Shown here: positions 25,383 to 34,765 of the stretch, one piece after another | How positions within the stretch are numbered: the stretch's first letter is position 1 | How the letters are laid out: the number at the start of each line of letters is the position of its first letter | Assembly: GCA_003990765.1 (NCBI GenBank) | Contig: RBNJ01000269.1 | Coordinates: forward strand, 1 to 34,765 | From: Jimgerdemannia flammicorona | Lineage: Eukaryota | Length of the DNA: 34,765 nt | Direction of reading: 5' to 3' | Notes under the pieces: model-generated | The model's input: only the letters and a program-made list of their open reading frames with translations | What the model was told of the DNA's origin: nothing | The model's database searches: none | Program-made: the position numbers and the translations under genes

Positions 25383-25733
25383 CAGTATATCAGCCCCTTT
25401 CTCTGCTACCTTACCAGTCACAATGGTTTGATAGATAATCTTCCAAGTCTACTTTCCACAATTATTACTCTCTCTACCTTAGGTTAGTTTGCTATACCTA
25501 TTGTAGAGCAGTGGAAGAGAGGCAATGGTGATGAGTTGTCCCTTTATCAGTGTTCAATCAGTATCTTCTCTACTTTTTTACAGTTTCTGGTACCTTCAGC
25601 TACATCTGGGGTGTATCTATTTTAGTATAGTATCTTCTTCCTTTTGCCATTACCAACAAGATATTGTCTTAGTATATTATGAGTTATATAGGAAGTTGGC
25701 TGACCTTGGATGTCAAGTGTCCTATATAGGTTA

Positions 25734-25790
<57 letters not shown>

Positions 25791-28083
25791 CGTCACTTGG
25801 ACTCCCTTCCTTTATTAATACCCATCTATCCCATACAATTACAATGATCCCACCCCCTATCCAATCCCCCTAGGGGGGCCCCCTCCCCCTACCCCTTCTC
25901 TGTAAAAGACCACTTTGTCAAACACTATCCCTACCCTCCCACCATTCTGCTCACAGATCCTCATCACCAGACTGCGACATTGTCCTCCCTGAGGACCCCA
26001 ACCCACCCACCATCTGGTCAGCAGATCCCCCACCAGCTCCTCCCATCATAACACCTTCTCATACAGCCCCAACCACTGCCCCTCCTCAAATACAAAAAGC
26101 CAGTGGCCTGCCAGTCCCACCCATACTGCTAACACCTATTCTACAGTGAGCCAACTATCCCCCACCCCACTTACAAGCCGAGATCGTAAGTCCTCCCAGC
26201 GACCTCTCTCCCCCACCTGCTGATGCCCCACACCCAGTCGATTCCCAATCTCAGCCCAAAATTCCCCCAAGACCTCACACTCTCCCAGCCAATGTTCCGG
26301 CATCTGTACATAACCCCCAGCCTGCCCAACATCGTAACACTCCTTGCAGTCAAATTGTCCACCCTCTACTAAATGCTCTGAGTGGAAATTCAGCATGACA
26401 TTCCTCTGCAACATTCACCACCACACCACCCAGAACTTAGGAGGAAGCTACCACTGTACCTCAGCACTCCAAGACCAGATGCCTGCCCAGTCCCACTTCT
26501 CTCCAATTCCAACTGCCTGCCAGCTACTCAGCCAAAGGTCCTGGCCAAGCCCCTGCTGACACTCCACTCTCTCCCCAATATCGAACGCAGCCAGAGGAGT
26601 ACCCCCCAGGAGCAGTCTATCTCAACACCACATATTAGGCCCCCACGCCACCTCCCTCTCATTACCTTGCCATCGCAGGCCAATTCGGTGTGCTCCATTG
26701 GCCACTTCCCACCAAAAGCCCTTAAACTGCAGCCTCCGAACTCCATTCAGCCCCACCAAAGAGAGCAGATCTCTGGAGAACCCTCGGGGGGATGTTCGCA
26801 TCTCCCATACCTTCTGCAGCAGAGGCACTCAACCTCTGCCCTGCAATTCCACAGCTCTCTTCAACCACCAGGCTCTCAAACAGTACAGCCTCTTAGGGAA
26901 ATCCACCAGGCCAAGACCCCCCATGACTATCAGTCCGCAAGAGTATCCCAACTGACCTGGGACCTCCTCCCCACCCAAATCCAATCCCTAGCCACCTTCG
27001 TCAGCTTCTTCACCACTCATGCTGGGAAGTCAAGGTGATATGCCACATACTACAGCTTTGGGAACCAATATACATTCAGGATCAACACCCACCCTGCTAG
27101 AGAGATATGGTGGCCTCCCCAACCTCGAAGGGCCTCCCCCCAACTATTCACCCTGCCCTCCCACTACACTCATGGCAAGACAGAACCATATATAGAGAGG
27201 AAGATGCCCAGATACCGTACCATCTCACCAGAAGGGACAATTGTTCCTATATAGGTTACCTACAGATTCTTAGTACCTATAGTAGAGCCCTCTAACTTTG
27301 GCAAGCTTCCCAGTAAGTATGGTTCTGATATAGGTAACTATTTTTTGGGTGGTATTGAGATAGGAGAGGAGATGACTATCATAGATAAGAAAAAGGGTGA
27401 TAATGGTGAACCAGTAGAGTGCTAGACTGGGGGCAGTCATTGGGGCTGGGGCAAGTGCTACTTTGGTGGGGTCTTTTGATTAGTGCAGAGTAGTTAGATA
27501 ATAGGTATCACTCATGGCTTCTTTTGGCAATACATGGGGTTGGACCCCAGTTATTGGGTGGAGTTGGGGGGTCTAAGACTACCCATTTAAGGCATCTTGG
27601 CTATACTCAACTAGAACTGAGAGCTGATATAGCAATGTGATTGAGGCCCACAGACTTGAGTAGTAGGGTATTGGGGGTCTCCTCCTACCTTACATATAAG
27701 TCCTTTACTCACCTTATCTAAGAGAACCAGGCTCTATCTACTGTAATATACTTTGATAAGAGTTTTTCTTTGCCTATCATTCTCCTTGGGGTGGTAGGGG
27801 CTATTCTATTTAGCTCAAGCATAGTCTTATACATACATTGGGGTTTTGAGCATATGCTTTTAATCATTAGCATATGGCTGAGTTCCTCCTGGTAATAGGA
27901 AGAGCATAGTATACAGAATGAGATATAGACCACTATAGGTTCTGCTGTACCTGACATGGTTGAGCTGCTGAACAATAACTAGTCTAGATTAATGAGAAAG
28001 CAGTGCTTGATGGGTGGTGGGGGAGGGTTTTGGCCTATATAGTCTATATTCTCTTTTAATAAAAATCTGTAGAACTCTAAGTC

Positions 28084-28151
<68 letters not shown>
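25383..28151 (+). mobile_element. Poly(A)-tailed retroposon 'X', copy 1 (~1.2 kb net, split by LINE copy F)
   Basis: 25417-25736 plus 27262-28086 are colinear with 30187-31331. AATAAA 28058-28063, poly(A) 28087-28151, TSD gagattga(t/c) at 25374 and 28152. The host endonuclease frame resumes after the tail. Confidence 0.85.
25737..27244 (-). mobile_element. LINE copy F, 5'-truncated 1.5 kb, youngest insertion
   Basis: Poly(T) to 25788, TTTATT 25811-25816, perfect 17-bp TSD tcctatataggttacct (25720-25736, 27245-27261). Minus strand encodes VRYLGIFLS...CKECYDVGQAGGYVQMPEHWLGEC. Retains several CpGs. Confidence 0.93.
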
Positions 28152-28154
<3 letters not shown>

Positions 28155-30188
28155 ATTGACTGTCTAAGTGGAAACTTAACATGACATATGATAGAAAGGT
28201 AGATAGAACTAATAGGAAAAGGAGAATGGCTAGTAGGAGTAGTGGTATAGAAGTCTGAGAGGAAGTCAAATATCTGAGTTTATTAGTAGATACTGAGAGA
28301 CTTAGATAGAGAGATTATAAGGTCTATACTCACTAGGTAGTAGGATTGGGCTCAAGGATTAACTAGATGTTGACTGCTGAATACTGGGGAGTTGATATGT
28401 ATCTGGAGAACTTTGGAAACTGTTTAGTACCTATGGTCAGATCACTGAGGCCTTCTAGAGGGGGAGTATTTTAGAGAAAGTAGAGAGGGACTTAGATATT
28501 GGCACCTGAATACCTCATTGCTAAAGAAGGCCTCCTTATGAGATATATGGGTAATAGACATTAGCTTCAAGATACTTAGCTAGAGAGTAAAGGGGCTGGT
28601 AATTGGAGATCATTGGAGGAGATTGAAATCAGATATACAACAGTACTGAGAGGAGGCAGGAAGAATGTATAGTGCTCAGAGGAGAAAGCAGATGAGATAG
28701 ACCTCCCAGAGATTGACAAGGTTGTTGGAATTATAGACAGATCTGCTGAATGATGGTGAGGAGAGAGATTGGAGAATCCAGTAGATCAGGCTAGAGGTGA
28801 AGAAGTTGAAGAGATTGCTGAGGTAGGAGAAAGACCTATAGATAAAAGACATGGTGGCCCAACTGAGGTAGCAGAGATTAGAGAGATCTATAAAGTTTTT
28901 ATCATAACTTCTACAGATGAGGAGAGTATGGTAGTAATGAGAGAGGGTATTGGATGAGGTGGGGGAGTTAGTTGTTGGGACACTAGAGATTTTAGACCAG
29001 TTGAGTATATGGTGAGAGATAATTGTGAAGTAAGGAGAAAGGAAGAGTAGGGGTACTAGATATTGACAGATACCTGAAGGACTGGCACTCTGATCTGGCA
29101 GAGGACTTAGATGACCTTGGTACTTCTGTCCAAAGAGAGGAGATTCAGTGAGTACTGACAATAATGAGCTCAGAGATGGTATCAGGAAAAGATAGCTTAC
29201 TATAGAATTTTTAAAAAAAGATAGCAGGAGTCAAGCTGATTTTGGAGAAGATAATGAAGATGTGCAATGAAGTCATTAGCTTAGGGGCATAGATTGGGGG
29301 GCAGTACTTGGGTCTTATGGCTCTGCTGTTTAAGAATAAAGAGAGAAGAGAGGAGTGGAAGAACTGGAGATTAATCATACTTCTGGATATAGATTATAAG
29401 CTGATCACAAAAATACTAGTGACTAGACTACAAGGTATAGCTCAGCAGATATTAGGGACTAAGCAGAGAGGGTTTGTAGAGAGCTATCTGATCAGAGATA
29501 GAATAGTCTGAGTGCATGATATCATTGAAGGAGCTCATACTACTAGAGTGGATAGATGATTGTTTTTCTGAACCAGGAGAAGGTCTATAACAGAGTTCAG
29601 TAAGTATGACTAGAAGGAATGCTGAAGCATATAGAAGTCCCCTCAGAGGTCTAGTGGGCCTTGGTTGATTTGCTAGAAGAGAGTCAGGTAGTAATTCTAG
29701 TAAATAGACATAGGGGAGTTTTATTTCCTCTGAGCAGAGAAGTGCCACAGAGGGATCTACTGTTACTAATTCTATACATACTGTCCCTAGAGCCTCTTTT
29801 GGATAGGATTTAGCAAAAGGTGGAAAGTTGGACATCCTGGTGGTTAATTGGAAGGTAGGGGCCTTTACTGATAATATAGTGGTCAAGTTAAAGTTAGCAG
29901 AGAATGTAGTAGTACTGAAAGGTATGGTAGAGTAGTATGAGGGATGCTTGGGTACTAAGCTTAACTGGTATAAGTGTGAGACTTAGTATTAAGAGGAGGG
30001 ATAGTATGTAGAGATATAATTAGAACAATTGTCTCTATAAGAGAGACTGTTTGCTATCTAGGAATCTACTTCTCAGTATATGGCTCTTTGTTACTCTGCA
30101 GATGGTGAGAGCAGTAATTGATAGAGTGAGGGAGTGCTCTCTTGGAGTGGAGTGGTTATTATATATCTCTGACAGAGAGGGTGATAGT

Positions 30189-31327
30189 CACAAGGTTTGG
30201 TAGGCAACCTTCCAAGTCCCCTTTCCCCTAATATTACCCCTCTCTACCTTGGGTTGGTTTGCTGTATCTGCAGGGGCATAGTGGGAGGAGGGCAATGGTG
30301 ATGAGTTGCCCCTTTATTGGTGTCGGATCAGTGCTTCCTCTACTTTTTCGCAGATTCTGGTACCTTCAGCTGCATCTGGAGTATACTCATTTTGGTGCGG
30401 CACCTTCTTCCTTTTGCCATCACCTACAAGGTATTGTCTCAGTGTGTCTTGGGCTACATAGGGAGTTGGCTGACCTTAGACGTCAAGTGCTCAGTATAGG
30501 TTACCTGCAGATCTTCAGTACCTGTGGTGGGGCTCTCTGGCTTTGGCAAGCTTCCCGGCAAGTGCAGTTCTGGTGTAGGTGACTGTTTTTTGGGTGTTGT
30601 CAGGTTGGGAGGAGAGATGGCTATCATAGATAGGAGGAAGGGTGATAATGGTGAACCAGTAGAGTACCAGGCTGGGGGCAGTCGTCGGGGCTGGGGCAGG
30701 TGCTGCTTTGGTGGGGCCTTTTGATTGGTGCGGTGTAGTTAGGTGGTAGGTGTCACTCTTGGCTTCTTTTAGCAGTCAGCGGGGTTGGGCCCCAGTCATC
30801 AGGGGGGGTTGGGGGGCCCGAGGCTACCCATTTCAGGCATCTTGGCTGTACTCAACTAAAACCAGGAGCTGATATGGCAATGTAATTGAGGCTTGCAGGC
30901 TTGAGTAGTGGGGTATTGGGGGCTTCCTCCCACCTCATGTGTAAGTCCTTTACTCACCTCGACTGAGAGAACCAGGCCCTACCCACTGTGTTGTACTTTG
31001 ATGAGGGTTTTTCTTTGCCTGTCACTCTCTTTGGGGTAGCAGGGGCTATTCTATTCAGCTTGGGCATGGTCTTGTACATATATTGGGTTCTCGGGCATAC
31101 GCTTTCAGTAATTGGCATATGGTTGGGTTTCCCCTGGTAGTAGGGAGAGCATGGTATACAGAATGAGGTGCAGGCCAATATAGGCCCTACTGCACCTGAC
31201 ATGGTCAAGCTACTGGACAATGACTAGCCTAGATTAATGGAGGTACAGTGCTTGGTGGGTGGTGGGGGAGGGTTTTGACCTATATAGTCTAGGTTCCCTT
31301 CTAATAAAATTCTATGGGACATGAGTC

Positions 31328-31404
<77 letters not shown>
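30189..31404 (+). mobile_element. Poly(A)-tailed retroposon 'X', copy 2
   Basis: Perfect TSD agagagggtgatagt (30174-30188, 31404-31418), AATAAA 31303-31308, poly(A) 31332-31404. Homologous throughout to copy 1. Confidence 0.9.
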
Positions 31405-31407
<3 letters not shown>

Positions 31408-32701
31408 AGGGTGATAGTGTTAAATATATACTGGTTATCTAAGTTATAGTATCTGATATACCACTTGAACTTTCTGACATGAGTGGTCAAGAGATTATTA
31501 AAGATAGCCAGGACTTGGATATAGACAGAGTAATAGAGTCAGATTGACTAAGAGATATTGATCTTACTAGTAAACTGAGAAGAGTTGAGTCTGGTGGATT
31601 TTTCCAAGTACCTTCATTACTTACAAATATGGTAGCTGAAGTGAGCTAGTGAGTTGAGGAGCAGAGAGTGGATTCCTCTCATACAGAGAATGTAGAAGGT
31701 CCAGTTCTCCCCTTATGGTATAACTGGGGACCTACTTTCTCTGGTAGCTTTGGAGAAAAGTCAGAGGATGTACTTTAGAAGATTCTGGTGAGAGGTAATT
31801 AATGGGACTCACTATATTGGTCTCTAATAGTAAGATAATGAGAGAAAGGAAAACTAGGGACCTCAGATATAAAGGTGAAACTATCTTCTGTTGGGTAGAG
31901 TATTAGTAAATAACTTCTGCTTAGAGGATAGCATGGAGTATCTTCAGGAGTATGGGAGAGATCTGTGGTCTGAGATATGGCAGAGGGTGGAGATTGGCAA
32001 AGAGTGGAATTGAAATAGAATTTAGTTATAGAATAAGCAGGTAGTAAGATAGATTCCCCCCAAGTTCTGAGTGATATAATAGAGACTTCTATAGTATAAT
32101 ATAATGTTGAACTATAGGTTAGATCACTTGGTGAAAGGAGGTACTCAGAAGTGTGAGGAGTGTCTGAATATTGAATAGGATAAAAGAGTGGTACAGACTC
32201 CTAAACATTGACTAGAGGAGTGTGAGGTAATAGGTGACTTTTGAAGAGTGATTGAGAAGCAGCTAGGGGTGTGCCCACCAGAGCTGATAGTGGGAGAGAG
32301 GTGGAGTGACTCTGAAGAAGACTAGTGGGGGGTTGGGGAATGAGTGGCTGATATTGAGATGGGTGCTAGCTATTTGAGTAGGGCTTGCCAGACATTAGTT
32401 ATATGTATTTGAGAAAGGTTAATAGCTAATACTAGAGGTGAGAATTACCAGATAAGAGTGGCTGATGGTAGACTTGTTGAATGAGTGGTGGAGAAGGTAG
32501 GGTATTGGTGAGAGTATTAGAGATATCTAGTAGAAATAATTTGTAGAAAGAGTGGGAGAAGAATTGGAGTAGCAGAGGGGATGGCAGTATTTTGGAGAAA
32601 TAGTAAGAGAAGAGAGGAGCTTCTTTGTAGAATTGGGTGAGAGGTTCATTTATATTAGTATAATATAGACAGTTTGATAATAAAGTAGAAGTCCTTGTGA
32701 C

Positions 32702-32734
<33 letters not shown>

Positions 32735-32736
<2 letters not shown>

Positions 32737-32858
32737 AATATGAGGAGTGTCTAAATGTTAGACAGGAGAGCAGTATGGTATAGACTCCTGAACATTGGCT
32801 GGGAGAGTGTGAGGTGATGGGGGACTTTTGGAGAGCAATTGAGAGTCAGTTGAAAGTA
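32735..32858 (+). mobile_element. LINE copy D, middle fragment (Cys/His motif) between copy E and the Tc1 element
   Basis: Reads EECLNVRQES..V.TPEHWLGECEVMGDFW, the direct continuation of the sequence broken at 22961. Confidence 0.85.
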
Positions 32859-33090
32859 TAGTGATGGGCAAAAGGGTAATAATGTTTTGAAAATTTTACT
32901 TTTATAAATAATATCTCTATAAATAATTAATATAATGAAATGTAACTTATATTTTCCAAAAGCTCTTGCTTTTCTTTACCATTGGTTAAAATATCATTTT
33001 GATACCATTATTATTTAGCTTACAATAAATTTTTACATTAATACTATGTATTGTTACCCTTTTGGTTTTTCCACTGCCATTTTTGCTATT

Positions 33091-34107
33091 TTAATATTTT
33101 ACATAACCTCCTTTGGCCTTGTATACAGCAGCAATGCATCTTGGCATACTCTCAATTAGGTTAATGCATTTTTCGGTCAATATGCCTTCCCATTCATGCT
33201 CTATACATTCCCAAAGCTTTTGCATTTCTTTAGGTAGTTCATCATATGCATTGAGCAGTTGTTTGAGATGTCTCCAAAGATGTTCAATTGGATTAAGATT
33301 GGGGGACTGTGCTGGCCAATCTAGCAAACAGATGAAATTGTTCTTGAACCAGTTGTATGCCATCTTCAATGTATGTTTTGGATCATTATCTTGTTGAAAT
33401 ATCACCTTCTTTTTGTCCATTCTAAAGAATTTAATAGATTCCTTTAATTCATCTTTGAGGATTTCTATATATAGCTCCAAATTCATATACCCATCGATTC
33501 TGCATATATATCCAATGCTATAGTAACTCATACATCCCCAAATCATAATCGATCTGCCACCAAATTTCAATGTCGGAGTCACGTGATATTGCTCAAGCTG
33601 TACCCTGGGCCTCTTCCATGCCCATTCTCATCCATCCAACCCCAAACAGTTGACTTTTATTTCATCTGAGAATATCACCCATTTCCAGTCATCTATGGTC
33701 TAGTTCTTATATTTTTGTGCAAATTCGTACTACAATTTGATATGGTGTGGCAATAATAACAGCTTTTTCTGCTTCATGAATGACTTCAAACTAGCACCTT
33801 TTAACATTCGACATACTGTGGTTGCACTCACACTGGCTTGGCCCTCTTCTTGAAGTATTTTTGCGATGTTTGCAGCAGTTTCAACCTTGCCACTAGACAC
33901 TTGGTGGACAATCCATGATCTATCTTGAGTAGATAACTTTGGTGGACAACTGCCTTTTGATATGTTTGCATCATCACAATGCTCATTTCAGATGTGGCTA
34001 ACTGAAGTAATGCTTATGCTGATTGCTTTGACAATCTTTTTTGCCGACTGCCCAGAATTCAACCTATTGATGATAGTGTCATGAATCTCAATAGATAGCT
34101 TCTGCAT
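33091..34107 (-). pseudogene. Tc1-family transposase, 339 codons, four premature stops, no frameshift
   Basis: ATG at 34107. WKWVIFSDE, GGRSIMIWGC, FQQDNDPKH, WPAQSPNLNPIEHLW, with 34 residues between the second D and E. In-frame stops at 33988-90, 33730-32, 33700-02 and 33628-30. Confidence 0.95.
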
Positions 34108-34152
34108 TTTGTATAAGAAACGAATGTTGGTATGAATTTTTATACCATTTTT

Positions 34153-34194
34153 ATGCCAAGAATGATGTCAAGAATGATGCCAAGAATGATGCCA
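34153..34194. repeat. 12-bp tandem repeat (atgYcaagaatg x3.5) in the transposase leader
   Basis: Directly visible between the right TIR and the transposase ATG. Confidence 0.85.
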
Positions 34195-34473
34195 TATGTT
34201 GCAGCTGTATAAAAGGTTGAGCGAGTTATGTGAAATATTAAAATAGCAAAAATGGTGGTGGAAAAGCCAAAAGGGTAACAATACATAGTATTAATGTAAA
34301 AATTTATTGCAAGCTAAATAATAATGGTATCAAAATGATATTTTAACCAATGGTAAAGAAAAGCAAGAGCTTTTGGAAAATATAAGTTACATTTCATTAT
34401 ATTAATTATTTATAGAGATATTATTTATAAAAGTAAAATTTTCAAAACATTGTTACCCTTTTGCTCACCACTG

Positions 34474-34765
34474 TATATATATCTGGGCTAGCAGTGGAGA
34501 GAAGATGGGATACTCTCTGGGAGAGGTTGGTGGAGGGGTAAGTGATGAGTAGTTAACTATTGGGTGGGTTATGGCTGTTTGGATGGGCTTGCTGGACATT
34601 GGCTGTATGTATTTGAGGAGGGTCAACAGGTGGTGCTTGGAGAGCAGGTTGCAAGGTGGAAATGGTTGGTGTTAGACCTTTTGAATGGCTGGTGGCAGGG
34701 GTGGGGACCTGGAGGGGGGTGCTATAGGAGACTTGTGGAGAAAATCTGCAGGCAGAGTGGGGGGA
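34474..34765 (+). mobile_element. LINE copy D, 3' part, running off the window
   Basis: Colinear with 18910-19200 (copy C) and 32270-32560 (copy E). Confidence 0.88.

Larger units (their letters stand above)
22962..32734 (+). mobile_element. LINE copy E, full length (~5.8 kb net of nested insertions) with poly(A) and degenerate TSD
   Basis: 5' end shared with copy A. ORF1 relic ~23130-24975; ORF2 relic from ~24992. AATAAA 32679-32684, poly(A) 32705-32734. TSD agagtatgagaagtat (22946-22961) vs gaaatatgaggagtgt (32735-32750) differs only by G/A transitions. Confidence 0.88.
32859..34473 (-). mobile_element. Tc1/mariner (DD34E) DNA transposon, 1615 bp, 249-bp TIRs, TA TSD
   Basis: TIRs 32859-33107 and 34225-34473 begin (c/t)agtg(g/a)tg(a/g)gcaaaagggtaa(c/t)aatgttttg. 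TA at 32857-32858 and 34474-34475. The host LINE is continuous across the insertion. Confidence 0.96.

Noticed and set aside
25525..31490. Poly-Phe ORFs
   Set aside because: Translations of poly(A)/poly(T) retroposon tails.

Overview
Eukaryotic, fungal-type genomic DNA with short GT-AG introns; an early-diverging fungus is my guess and is not provable from this window. Two host genes sit in CpG-normal islands. One is an 8-exon FAD-dependent aromatic monooxygenase (217-2469, +). The other is an uninterrupted, divergent malate-dehydrogenase-like gene (13370-12384, -) that keeps the catalytic Asp/His but has lost two of three substrate-binding arginines. About 80% of the window is two blocks of nested, decayed transposons (2918-11547 and ~15522-end). 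They hold six copies or fragments of one L1/Tx1-like LINE family, two copies of an unrelated ~1.2 kb poly(A)-tailed retroposon, a 403-bp foldback element with a 9-bp TSD, a DD34E Tc1 element with 249-bp TIRs carrying internally inverted end motifs, and a gag-like relic. TSDs allow the insertion order to be reconstructed. The repeats show near-total CpG loss plus heavy CpA->TpA-type transitions with sharp borders and age-graded load, a RIP-like or methylation-driven genome-defence signature. All alignments were done by eye.
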